Part shown: positions 1 through 11,851 of the stretch, piece by piece
How the letters are laid out: each line of letters begins with the position of its first letter
Numbering within the stretch: position 1 is the first letter of the stretch
Origin: Octopus bimaculoides
Lineage: Eukaryota
DNA length: 39,996 bases
Assembly: GCF_001194135.2 (NCBI RefSeq)
Contig: NC_069005.1
Coordinates: 7,905,589 to 7,945,584 of the forward strand
Direction of reading: 5' to 3'
Translations under genes and position numbers: made by a program
The notes under the pieces: model-generated
The model's database searches: none
The model's input: only the letters and a program-made list of their open reading frames with translations
Told to the model about the DNA's origin: nothing

Positions 1-59
1 TCATGTTAATATGAAAGAGGGCCCATCCCCTCAAGTTTGAGAATTTTTTATTCACTCCT

Positions 60-830
60 GGAAGAATGCATTATTTCAGCCTGGCTGTGTTTGTAGGCAG
101 TTGAAAAGAATACTTTTAACAACCAAAAAAATTAAATGGAAGCATTGTAGTTGCAACCAGTATTTTTAGACCCAGTCTGCTACTGCATACGAATACTTCC
201 ATTGTCGTAATTGGATCTTTTCTGTTTGGCTGCTGATTTTCAATCTCTTCAATTCCTTCTCAAATTGATTTCATATTCGGAGTAATGATATGATTTTATA
301 TGATAATAACGGCTTTGAAATTTATTTTCACAATAAATCAATAAATAAAGAGTTATTAGCTTTTTAAAGTTTGCAAATTTGGGGTAATTTTGGCCAATTG
401 TAAGCCATAGACTCATTCGTGCCTGTTTCCATAGTAACAAGCCAAGCATGAAAACTCTTTTGTCTGCAAGAAAGCACGCGTTGACAAATATATCCCGCTC
501 ATTGATGTTGGACGTCAGATGTGCTAAAAACAATAGCCAAATAGGCCTTAAATCACACACCAAAAAATTTGGGAAAACTACATCACAGCACCAAATTTTA
601 ACTTTTTCAATTAACTTTGAATTTTCGAAAATTGGCAGCCAGATTGAAAAGATCCTTGCAATTTTCCAAAAGCTACATTCGTGTTTCCTATACATGAGAA
701 CACTTCAGTATCGATGCAGGCATTTGAGGATTGCGTAGACCAACTTACTTTGTACATACTTTGCATGAGTATCCTTGAACCAGTTGGCGCCGTACTTCTG
801 TTTTTAGTGTTGATAGTGAGGTCAATGTTG
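60..830 (-). mobile_element. Possible highly degenerate hAT (SPIN/GTF2IRD2-like) transposase remnant
   Basis: Minus-strand fragments in the expected order across frames: DTEVF, WLLFLAHLTSNINE, FMLGLLLWKQ, CENKFQSRY, LKILVATT, loosely resembling the hAT C-terminal half. Recognition by eye only. Confidence 0.3.
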
Positions 831-1413
831 TTACACACTTTTAAGATTTGAACAACACATGCATCTGTTAATTATTTTGTATAATTATATTTGTAATGTT
901 GTTGTTTTGTGTGTGTGTGGAAAACCAAGCTTTTATAATCCTTTCCACTGTAAGCACAAATGCCTGAGATATTTCATTTGGGGTGTGTGTGTGTGTGTGT
1001 GTGGTGCTAGTCAATGATATCGGCACCAGTACTCGCCACCATCATGATCCTTCCTCTTCTCCGCCCCCTTCTCCTCAGTGTCGACGTTGTCGTCATTGTC
1101 ATCATCATCATCATCATCATTATTATTACCTTCATTGTCATTTAAATTGTTGACTATTTCCTTCAAATGTGACGGAAAGTGTAACGGAGCAAAAACAAAT
1201 TAAATGTTCATAATGCTCCAACCTTGAATTTATTTTTAATACAAATTCACTGTTAAAAATTGTTCAGTTTCTCTCTCTCTCTTTCTCTCTCTCTCCGTTC
1301 CCCCTCCTTTCCTCTCACGTATATCTAATTCTAATTCGGTTTCCGTGCTTGGTTTCATTTGTCCTTGTTGAGAGATAGATTGGTATGTATGTATGTGTGT
1401 GTGTATGTATGTA

Positions 1414-1439
<26 letters not shown>

Positions 1440-1450
<11 letters not shown>

Positions 1451-1575
1451 ATGTGTCTATTCAGTTTATTTCAAGATTTCTTGCCAATAGAGAAAGAGTC
1501 GGTTTCTAACCGAGACCCAAGGCTCCTTCATTGGAATTTCAACATCAACAACGAGGTATTTTTGTATGTATATAT
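1440..1575 (+). repeat. About 135-bp interspersed repeat flanked by (TATG)n; inverted copy at about 6330-6465
   Basis: ttcagtttatttcaagatttcttgc...ggctccttcattggaatttcaacatcaacaac recurs in reverse complement at about 6330-6465. Confidence 0.75.
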
Positions 1576-1836
1576 GTATGTATTAGCTGTTGGACCCGGC
1601 ATTGCTCGTGTTTTCCATGTTGAAGTTAAGCCCACCTCTGACTGTTGACATTTTACACATGATTACAGTTCATGTCCATTAGTTGATGCCTGCTCTGGAA
1701 TTAAATTAAAACCTTTACCATCTCCTCTACCACAAAATTTACCTAAATCTCAACTGTCTTTCTCGAACTCGGCAGACGACCAGCTTATGTGGCCATGAAC
1801 TTGTAGACGAGAGCGAAGATCACTGTCACTGGCAAA

Positions 1837-2373
1837 CAGTGGCAGCTCATGTATAGGCACTGTAGAACTGCAGCCCCCCTATTTCCACTTGATATTATCG
1901 ATAACATTCAGTATAATGAGTCCTTTTTTCTTTAATTCTTTCTTTAAACTTGTACATTATATAATCCTTAAGTTTAATGTCAGTAGCCATCCCTTAGTTT
2001 ATGAAAAAATACAAAAATTTTTGTATAGAACTGTGCTCTTCACAGTTCCAGCGACGCGGTGTTTGGCTGTTGTGCGCATACTCACATGCCCGAGATAGGA
2101 TGCTGCACGCTAGGGAGAGAGAGCACTATGGTTCATGCAGTGCCAATCCTGGTGTGCTGGTGAAAGGTAGTGTTTCTTTTTGACTCTGCATATGTTGTGC
2201 TTAAAAACGTGTTTATATTCTTGAATGTGATAAAGTGTAGAATTTGATTATTATCCTGCTTCCAGCTACAGTGTTGCTGCCAGGATTTGAAAAATATTTA
2301 CACAATATTAAAATAACGGCTAAAAATTTTCTGAAGCAGCACCCCCACTAATTTTATCTATGAGCCACCACTA
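1837..2373. mobile_element. hAT-type MITE
   Basis: TIRs CAGTGGCAGCTCAT / reverse complement TAGTGGTGGCTCAT (11/14); 8-bp flanks CTGGCAAA (1829-1836) and CTGGCAAG (2374-2381), a 7/8 TSD. Confidence 0.65.
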
Positions 2374-3197
2374 CTGGCAAGTTATATTATCTTAAGTGTT
2401 AAAGATAATGTCTGTCAGCCATGCTTGTGCTGAAATTTAAAATTAATAACATCTTGCACAGCAATTTAAGGTCAAGAAATTTGAAGTCAATGACAGCTGG
2501 CCTCAACCAGGTGTCAGGTGTCAGGTGATGCCCGTGAGAGTGCTTGGCTTTTCCAATGCCTTAGCAATGCCATCACCTTAGCAATGCTATGATCGTGGTG
2601 GCTTGCTTCAGTAGGTTCCATTGAACCTTGTGGTGTGTGACCAATTGAATCACTTAGTGTGTTACTTTGATGTTTTTCTTCTTTTCTTGCTTCCCCACCC
2701 CTATTTAAAAAAAAAAATTTTTTTCTTGTCATTCTTTTGTAAAATAAATTCCTGTTCATATTTTGATAAAAAATTAAAGAAGACAATTTTCACAACCACA
2801 AGAAAAATAGATAAAGTCAATAACTGCTTGCACGACAGAGCTAAGTTTTTAACCTACAAAGCCAAGTTGTTCAGAGAGCAAGTTCTGCTTTGCAATGACA
2901 TGAGTGTTTATTTCAGAATTTTCTTTTTCCTAAAGTAAAAGATGTCTAAACAGAAACGACGAGTCTCTCACTCCCAGCTGTTGGACAGTCGTTGACTCTA
3001 TTGATTCATCCGTTCTTTGCATATTTTGCTTTTCATGCTGTGGGGTAGGGGCAAAAGCCATTATCTTTAACAAGCATACTCGGTTGGGTTGCTAGTTCAG
3101 ACGCCGACAACCTGACCTTGCAACAGGTTGTACTGGGTAAGGTGTTACCAATAGCACTAAGAATTACCTGAACATGCACACACATTTCATTTCACTC

Positions 3198-3606
3198 GTT
3201 TCAGTCATTTGACTGTGGCCATGCTGGAGCACCGCCTTTAGTCGAGCAAATCGACCCCAGTACTTATTCTTTGTAAGCTTAGTACTTATTCTATCGGTCT
3301 CTTTTGCCGAAACGCTAAGTTACGGAGACATAAACACACCACCATCGGTTATCAAGCGATGTTGGGGGAACAAACGCAGACACATAAACATACACACACA
3401 CACACACATATGTGTATATATTTATATATATATATATATACATATATATGACAGACTTCTTTCAGTTTCCGTCTACCAAATCCACTCACAAGGCTTTGGT
3501 TGGCCCAAGGCTATAGTAGAAGACACTTTCCCAAGGTGCCACGCAGTAGGACTGAACCCGGAACCATGTGGTTGGTAAGCAAGCTACTTACTACACAGCG
3601 ACTCCT
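3198..3606 (-). mobile_element. SINE family A (tRNA-like head, internal microsatellite, tail ...atgctccagcatggccacagtcaaatgactgaaac)
   Basis: Reverse complement of the copy at 14792-15140; internal (CA)/(TA) tract. Confidence 0.8.
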
Positions 3607-3621
3607 ATATATTTATACATA

Positions 3622-3842
3622 ATATCAATTTCAAATTTTGGTACAAGGCTAACAAGTTCGGGGGAGGGAGTATGTCGATTTTTATCAATGCAAATGTTCA
3701 ACTGGGACTTATTTTTATCGACTCTGAAAGGATGAAAGGCAAAGTCTACCTTGGCAGAATTTGAATTGATAACATAAAGACAGACGAAATACTGTGAAGC
3801 ATTTCGCCCGGGATGCTAACAACTCTGCCAGTTCTCCACCTT
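3622..3842 (-). mobile_element. SINE family B (ggcagaatcgttagc...ttctgagttcaaat...cctttcggggtcgataaaataagtacc...cttgtgccaaaatttgaa)
   Basis: Reverse complement of the + copies at 27590-28235. Confidence 0.75.
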
Positions 3843-4559
3843 AATACACACACGCACATCTCAAATCACATCCCATGTAATTTTGTGGACATTTGTAACA
3901 CGAGACTCCTTTGTTGGCTTGTAGTCAAGAACATGTTCTCTGATGGGATTTGAACCTCATATCTATTGCATTGCAGCTGACTATGTTAACAATTACACCA
4001 CAAAACACTTGCCTTCTTGTCATTGTTACTCAGCTGCCACACATTCCCCTCCCCCAATTATTTATTCTTTTATTTATTTGACTGTTACACCTGTTTCAAA
4101 TACTTAATAATGTCGCTTGCTGTGAACACTGATGGATCAAACAATACACTACATTTCCTGGGGTTTTTTGCCCCCCACTCATTTAAGTACTGTATATTTC
4201 AGTCTTGTTAGCTGGTATTGCTAGCTGTTGCTTACAAACTTTTGCGCTATCCAGCTTAATCCAACTGTTGCTTCCACACAAATCTTTGTCACTCATCCTC
4301 CTACTTCGTACCTATCTCCTAACAGTGATTCCTACAAATCCCTACACCCAACCCCCACCCATCTATTTCCCTTGCATTCGTCTACCAACTCTGCATGCTA
4401 GTTTGTCTTCCACTCTCTCACTTCCAACTTATCTTTGTTCCCCATAACACGTTCACTTCCATAATGACGGTACAATCAACGGCATAGAGTGGGTGTGTGT
4501 GAAGTTTGCAGACCACAAAGAGCAGTGACCTTACATATGTGTATTTGCTGTGGTTGAAA

Positions 4560-5050
4560 GGGTGTGGCTAATTTGGCTCTGGCCAAAGGTGGCCAAAAGC
4601 CATGCTACATTATTGCACATGATGTTCTGCTCTTGCCACAAAAGCCAGATCAGGTCTCAGGGTTATGTTCATCGCTTCCACTGGCATCATTTGCTCCATT
4701 TCCCCATTCATTACTATCTCCCAGCTGCTGGAGTACTTGATTGTTCTTCTAAGTATAGGCTGAGAGAAGAGCTCCGCAGCAAAATATGCAAAAGCGAGCC
4801 CCTTCACTTCTTGCAGAACTGGCACACACACTTTTGTCAATCCCCCGTCTCTTAAAATACACCGGAAATAGCAACGCATCCAATGTGGAACCAATTACAA
4901 ACCAAAGAGATCTTGCTGATATTAAACTTAGATCGGTTCACGAGCAGTGCTTCTGATCCATATCTGACCATTCCACAAGATGATTTCTGCAGATGATTTT
5001 TATCCATCAATTGTTTAGGTGCCTGATGAAATAGCAGGTAATTTCTGATT
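4560..5050 (-). mobile_element. Degenerate restriction-like-endonuclease non-LTR retrotransposon (Hero/NeSL-like) C-terminal remnant
   Basis: Minus frame SARSLWFVIGSTLDALLFPVYFKRRGIDKSVCASS...FCIFCCGALLSAYT*KNNQVLQQL, then after a frameshift NITLRPDLAFV. Resembles the CCHC knuckle / RHNQVL / LRPD motif order of RLE LINEs. Confidence 0.5.
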
Positions 5051-5229
5051 GCATAATACATCAATTATGAATATATTACCATGCTGCTGAAACATATGTA
5101 ACATGTATTGAACTGTTATTGCTCATTTATCTTCTTTTATTATATTTCTTTACTGTATGACATGTGTAACAAATGTTACTATTGAGATTAAAGTTGCAGA
5201 ATACCTAATGTCATTAAATATTTGTGATT

Positions 5230-5973
5230 GAGTTATTTAATCTTGTGATTGGAAGATTAATTAATTTATTAGTTTTCCTACAATGTTCACGGCTAACCAT
5301 TTTCATGCTTGAAGCTACCGAACTAATAACTACGATCGACAGCATCAAACTTGTTGATATGTATATGTCGTGGTTGCTCCATCATCACAGATGGTTGCTG
5401 CCCTTTTATGCTTCCTCATTGTGAATTACAATCGGGGGTCTTAGTGGGCCAGAAATTGGGGCTGATGAAGTCATAGAAATACTCCGATAAACACTTCTGA
5501 CTCTTTTCGAAGCTACGGCAAGAAGCTGCTGCCACACATATGGCTTTCGAGTAGCAATCCTCTCCAGCCAGAGTTTGACCACAGTCTCCAGCAGTTTCAA
5601 TTCAGCTGTCTGAATTGAGCCTAAGACTCTGTTCAAAGTTGTTGGGTGATACACTCCAAATCATCACAGTTTTGAAGAACTTGGTTGTCATGGTGTCCAT
5701 GTCATGTCTTGCAGCTTTTACAGTGTTCACAGAGTACTGAGCAGCAGTCATGATGTTGGAATTTTGATACTCGGCACAGATCATCAAGATACAGGTTACT
5801 CTTTTCTCCAGTATCCAGGTGTCTTCCAGTGCTCCATGTCTGCTAACTTTTTCTCAACTACAACTTTAATTGTTATGCTCTCCAATGCCCCTAACTGTTC
5901 ACCAATACACCAAGCTGTGCCTGAAAAAAAAAAAAACACATAAAAAATTGCCAAATTTAGCCCGAACATCCTG
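5230..5973 (-). mobile_element. Tc1/mariner DD37D (maT/Bmmar1-like) transposon remnant
   Basis: Minus-strand TTKFFKTVMIWSVS, LETVVKLWLERIATRKPYVWQQ, FYDFISPNFWP; terminal catcctg|TA at 5967-5975. Confidence 0.7.
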
Positions 5974-6329
5974 TACATACATGCATGCATACATACATAC
6001 ACAGATGTTAACATAAGCTGAAAATCAGTTAAAAAGAGAATACCTATGCTGGACTATTGAGAAATCTGCAATTATTCTATCCTGATTACAAGTTCAGGTT
6101 TATACCTGTAATTATTGGAGTACTGGGAAATGTAACTCACTGCCTAAATGCCAGAATTGAGAAATTAGGCGTCTTAAAACCAGAAAGGAGAAGGCTGATT
6201 TGAAGACTACAGACCCAAGCCATCACTGGAACTGTAAAAGTCTGTAAAACTTTCCAGAAGTTTATCCTTTAAGTCTATGCATGAGAATACAGACATAAAA
6301 CAAAACAGACAAATCTGCACGTATACATA

Positions 6330-6465
6330 CATACATACATGCAAAAATACCTTGTTGTTGATGTTGAGATTCCAATGAAGGAGCCTTAGATCTAGGTTAG
6401 AAACCAACTCTTTCTCTATTCGCAAGAAATCTTGAAATAAACTGAATAATGACATACATACATTT
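6330..6465 (-). repeat. Inverted copy of the repeat at 1440-1575
   Basis: Visible reverse-complement similarity; ORF track shows near-identical peptides SLFQDFL.IEKE.VSN.D.RLLHWN.NINN. Confidence 0.75.
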
Positions 6466-6532
6466 TTGAGTTTTCTTTCTTGCGCTTGTTGTTCGCAAAC
6501 ACATACACACACTCACATATATGTATGCATAC

Positions 6533-6571
<39 letters not shown>

Positions 6572-6607
6572 AATACATGCATGCATGCATACACACACAT
6601 ACATACA

Positions 6608-6737
6608 ATTCTTTACTAAGAATAGTATTCACAATGACTTCGAAATTTCAGCTTGCTAAGCCATCACTGTACAACCCAATGCTGGTTGAGCAGGTGAAAT
6701 TTCGAAGTCACTGTCAGTACTATTCTTGTTAAAGAAT
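6608..6737. repeat. Short palindrome (about 43-bp arms), MITE-like
   Basis: attctttactaagaatagtattcacaatgacttcgaaatttca / tgaaatttcgaagtcactgtcagtactattcttgttaaagaat. Confidence 0.75.
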
Positions 6738-6758
6738 AATAGATTTGTGTTCTACAAA

Positions 6759-7187
6759 NNNNNNNNNNNNNNNNNNNNNNNNNNNNNNNNNNNNNNNNNN
6801 NNNNNNNNNNNNNNNNNNNNNNNNNNNNNNNNNNNNNNNNNNNNNNNNNNNNNNNNNNNNNNNNNNNNNNNNNNNNNNNNNNNNNNNNNNNNNNNNNNNN
6901 NNNNNNNNNNNNNNNNNNNNNNNNNNNNNNNNNNNNNNNNNNNNNNNNNNNNNNNNNNNNNNNNNNNNNNNNNNNNNNNNNNNNNNNNNNNNNNNNNNNN
7001 NNNNNNNNNNNNNNNNNNNNNNNNNNNNNNNNNNNNNNNNNNNNNNNNNNNNNNNNNNNNNNNNNNNNNNNNNNNNNNNNNNNNNNNNNNNNNNNNNNNN
7101 NNNNNNNNNNNNNNNNNNNNNNNNNNNNNNNNNNNNNNNNNNNNNNNNNNNNNNNNNNNNNNNNNNNNNNNNNNNNNNNNNNNNNNN
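6759..7187. other. Assembly gap (N)
   Basis: 429 N, directly upstream of the candidate promoter. Confidence 1.
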
Positions 7188-7189
7188 AC

Positions 7190-7376
7190 GCGTAATTTTT
7201 GCGGACGATTACCGGCAGCCACGTTGACAAAATTCCCATTGGTTCTTTCTGGTCACGTGCTGGTGAATGGTGCGTTCCGATTGGTGCGTTTCTCTCCGTT
7301 CACAATATCCAAGCCGAAGCCATTGAGAAGGCTGAACGTTTTCTATATAAGTGGGTGAGTATAGAAGCAACGTGGC
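7190..7376 (+). promoter_or_regulatory. Candidate calumenin promoter
   Basis: Locally CpG-rich unique sequence with GCCACGTT (7218-7225), its inverse AACGTGGC (7369-7376), CACGTG (7254-7259), ATTGG (7238-7242, 7280-7284) and TATATAAG (about 7344-7351). Strong donors follow at 7355 and 7552. Confidence 0.55.
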
Positions 7377-7551
7377 ATCTTTGTCACGATTGCTTTACTG
7401 TTTAATTGTTTTGTTTTATTTTCCCCCCTCCGAGCAGTGCCGAGTGTCGTTTTCGCTTTAATCGCTTGACATTTAAAAAAAAAAAAAAAATTAGACCAAA
7501 ACATCTTGCTTCCATTCGCTTTCACAAGGATCTGTGATTATTCGTAAAACA
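7290..7551 (+). other. Candidate non-coding first exon(s) with donors gg|gtgagt (7355) and aca|gtaagt (7552); start not determinable
   Basis: The first coding exon starts directly at an acceptor, so an upstream exon is required. These are the best consensus donors next to the promoter-like motifs. Confidence 0.45.
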
Positions 7552-8028
7552 GTAAGTACGCTATAAGTTATACATCGACACATACACCCATATATTACAT
7601 TTATATACACACACCGATGCATCTTTGTATTCGTTAGATGTTTTTAATCCGCCAGATTGTGTGCGAAACCCTCAGAGGTAGCTGAAGTGGTCTCGCTGGT
7701 AATTCTTATATCGTTGCCTGACCCAATGAAGATCCACTCCTCTAAGAAAGAAATGCCAAAATCTTCCTCAAGCCATATACACTGCTTTAAAGAGGACATA
7801 TACGATCATGCATATATAATATATATATATATGAAAAAATAATAATAAAAGACGAAATGATCGCAAATAAGTCTTGATCGATGACAGCTTAACTGTGCCT
7901 AAACAATTACTCCCCCAGCGATTTCTTTTTCGGAACATTGGATCTCGAAGCACATCACATAAAGCTATGTATAGATAGTTGAATTGAAAAACACTTTAAG
8001 ATAGAAGAAATCGAAGGCTGCTGTTTTG

Positions 8029-8070
<42 letters not shown>

Positions 8071-8226
8071 GGAGAGTGGGTGTAGAATATAATTTGAATA
8101 TGTATTCATCATTATATACATTAAAGTGTACAAACTAAAGAAAAATAAATAAATAAATACCTGATGAGTTTATTTCTTAAGTTAATGACTCATTTTGTCG
8201 TTACTCAGTGTTTTTCAAAATTAACC

Positions 8227-8638
8227 NNNNNNNNNNNNNNNNNNNNNNNNNNNNNNNNNNNNNNNNNNNNNNNNNNNNNNNNNNNNNNNNNNNNNNNNNN
8301 NNNNNNNNNNNNNNNNNNNNNNNNNNNNNNNNNNNNNNNNNNNNNNNNNNNNNNNNNNNNNNNNNNNNNNNNNNNNNNNNNNNNNNNNNNNNNNNNNNNN
8401 NNNNNNNNNNNNNNNNNNNNNNNNNNNNNNNNNNNNNNNNNNNNNNNNNNNNNNNNNNNNNNNNNNNNNNNNNNNNNNNNNNNNNNNNNNNNNNNNNNNN
8501 NNNNNNNNNNNNNNNNNNNNNNNNNNNNNNNNNNNNNNNNNNNNNNNNNNNNNNNNNNNNNNNNNNNNNNNNNNNNNNNNNNNNNNNNNNNNNNNNNNNN
8601 NNNNNNNNNNNNNNNNNNNNNNNNNNNNNNNNNNNNNN
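8227..8638. other. Assembly gap (N)
   Basis: 412 N. Confidence 1.
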
Positions 8639-11329
8639 AAATATTTTGGCGAAATAGCCGCTATTCTTACTATATTTAAAAAATATTTTCTTTGTACACT
8701 TTTTTTTTCTTGATCTTACAAAATTCTCTCTTTCTCTCTCTCTCTCTCTGCGATCTTGAACTATTTAATGTAGTTTAGGCGAAAGTATCCATTTTCTCGA
8801 AAATTTTGCGGGCATAAATTCCAGAGGTGGAGGCGCACTTGTGCTAAGTAGGCCTCTTTTTCAAAGATGTACCAATCGCGACCTCCTTGTCTTTCGGGAG
8901 CGATGGAAGGTTGGGCCCTGTCCACCCAGGACTATATCCTCTAATATGTCCTTTCTAAAATGCTAGGTGTGTAATGTGAGAGATTTGGCTGTTATTTCTA
9001 GTAAGTCGAGCCATTAGCTATAAGTATATCTTAAAAAGAAGAAGAAAAAAAAATCTTACTAATTTGTTAACTCTAATTCTTCAGACTTGTGAAATATGTT
9101 CAAAAAGCAGAAACTAGAGATAGTGGAGAATTAGTCTTTTTTGGCGATCTTTCGGTTTGGCAACTTATCTCGAAAAATTGCTTTCTGACATTTGAAATCT
9201 CGATATCATTTATTGCCTGTTATAAACATACACACATGGTGTTAGACGAATGTGTTGCTATTTCATAACATGTTTGCTTAATCCATTCTGGTTAAGTCTT
9301 CAGATCGAATCAAGGATAGAACTGCTAGAAATAGCAATTATATCTCCCTCAAGTCGCATCCTGTCGACCTCACGAAATATATTGAGAATACTTCTTATTG
9401 TATCGTTGGTCATTATCTATAATATCCAAATGAGTTCTCAGTATGATTTGATATGACAATCTATATTTATTTAGTCATGTTTATAGAATCAAAGAAAGAA
9501 AATGCGATGCGGTGTAACAACTAAGAATCGACAAATACGATCCCTGATGTACAAAAAGATAGGATGATCACGGTTGTAACATCTTTGATCCTTGGATTGT
9601 TCGATAGTGGTTGAGCTGGGGATAACGATCCTTCAGAGTTGGCGCCCGATTTGAGAAGCAATATCCGTAGAAGTGGAGTCGCTGCCCTAATTCGGACCTA
9701 GTTGAAGAAAGATTAGCAAAAATCTCTTTAAATGTACGTGGCACTGTCTAAAAAGGGAGGGGGCGGGAAAGGTAGATTGGGTAATGGAGTTCTAGATATA
9801 TATAAAAAGACGGAATGGTTTGATCGAGGAAACTCAACTTGATCACTCGATCTGCTGCCACCAAATCTTTAAAAAGGAATTACATTTTGGATAATGTAGT
9901 TCTAGATAAAGCACCCGGATAAATATAACGGGACGGTGACCCTGGGCCGGAACGAGATAAAATGATTGAGAACTAAATAATAATTTTTGGAGATTTTTTT
10001 TTTATAAGCTATCTCATTATTCTTGAATTGATAGAATTCTAACGAGACGGTCTTCATTTATTTACCAGATAAACGTTTTTTTTTGTTTTATGTTGTTAAA
10101 ATCTAATTTTTGCTGTTTATTTTATTTTTAATACCAGTTCCTAGATAAGTTATTAACAACAGTAACAATAATAACTAATTAGTTAGAACACAAATGTTTT
10201 CTGCAAATTCAGTTTTGAGATGTGTTTTTTATACCTTTACGTAAATTGAATTCCAATCTTTTTATTACGATTTTCATTTAAACCTGCTTTTATTCTCGGT
10301 TCAATTTTTTGTTTTACACTTTCATACAAACATACATTTCCGTCTGAAATGCCATCTATATGTATAAAGTACCAATTTAAATGTAAAATTCATGGAGACA
10401 CTACTTCGTTGCTTCCACAGAATTTTGACTGTTTGTTTTCGCACGTTGCTTCCATAGAATTTTGACACTGCTTGTTTCTGCACGATTGAAAGGGTGGAAG
10501 CGCCAGGACACACTGCACTTAGGCCAATGCACACACCCATTGCCTGAAAATGCAAAAGTCTGGATGGGTTTGGCTGGAGCATTTTTGATCATAGGCCTGC
10601 CCAATCAAGGCTGACCTGGGGTTAAAACAACATCGACATTGAGTGAACGTAGTAGCTGTCAGAATTGAAACCAATTACGTGAAGGAAAAAAAATTTTTTT
10701 GCTTCAATTATGCAATTAACTCAAGAGAAATATTAATGATTAATTTTTTGCTGTACAGTTTCTTCTTAATGGCCTTTCAAGAAAATCTTTCAACCACTTT
10801 GACGTCATACTCAGTGCCAGCCACAAGAAGACCAGAAGTGTACTTGCGTGTGTATCATCTGTCAACGTTTCATGTTGAATTCTAGACTCGTGGGAATTGG
10901 GTCAAAGCTTGGTGACTGTATTCTTTGACAACTGTGTTTTGTCTAGATCATCATTTCTTCGTTTGTCGAACTATGCTTCATCTCTAACTAGCTGCTGATA
11001 GCAGAGGAGCCCTCTAAACCATACATGGGCTTTTTCTTTCTCTCTCTCTCTTTTTTTTTTTCCTTCGAGAAGTGGGCTGCATGCGACATTGCTCATCAGC
11101 AGTCGGGTCACATTACTAAAAAAAAAAGAAAAATTTTGAGTAATTTTTCGTTAGACATGCCATTCAGAAAGTCTCATGGGTCAAAGATTATCCATGGCTG
11201 CTCTTAGCAATCTTGCTTGACCTACTAGAAACAGCAGCTATATATCTTTCAAATTTTATCCATCTTGAAAAAAAAAAAAAAACACATTGGATAATGTTAT
11301 CGTTGGTATACAAAAAAAAAAAAAAAAAA

Positions 11330-11851
11330 NNNNNNNNNNNNNNNNNNNNNNNNNNNNNNNNNNNNNNNNNNNNNNNNNNNNNNNNNNNNNNNNNNNNNNN
11401 NNNNNNNNNNNNNNNNNNNNNNNNNNNNNNNNNNNNNNNNNNNNNNNNNNNNNNNNNNNNNNNNNNNNNNNNNNNNNNNNNNNNNNNNNNNNNNNNNNNN
11501 NNNNNNNNNNNNNNNNNNNNNNNNNNNNNNNNNNNNNNNNNNNNNNNNNNNNNNNNNNNNNNNNNNNNNNNNNNNNNNNNNNNNNNNNNNNNNNNNNNNN
11601 NNNNNNNNNNNNNNNNNNNNNNNNNNNNNNNNNNNNNNNNNNNNNNNNNNNNNNNNNNNNNNNNNNNNNNNNNNNNNNNNNNNNNNNNNNNNNNNNNNNN
11701 NNNNNNNNNNNNNNNNNNNNNNNNNNNNNNNNNNNNNNNNNNNNNNNNNNNNNNNNNNNNNNNNNNNNNNNNNNNNNNNNNNNNNNNNNNNNNNNNNNNN
11801 NNNNNNNNNNNNNNNNNNNNNNNNNNNNNNNNNNNNNNNNNNNNNNNNNNN
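11330..11851. other. Assembly gap (N)
   Basis: 522 N. Confidence 1.

Noticed and set aside
1385-1648. ORFs with CV/YI/TH dipeptide runs (also near 6400-6600, 18353-18655, 36464-36688)
   Set aside because: Translations of microsatellites.
7266-7284. Canonical ERSE element
   Set aside because: N9 spacing is present but the second half is CCATT, not CCACG; kept only as part of a looser promoter call.
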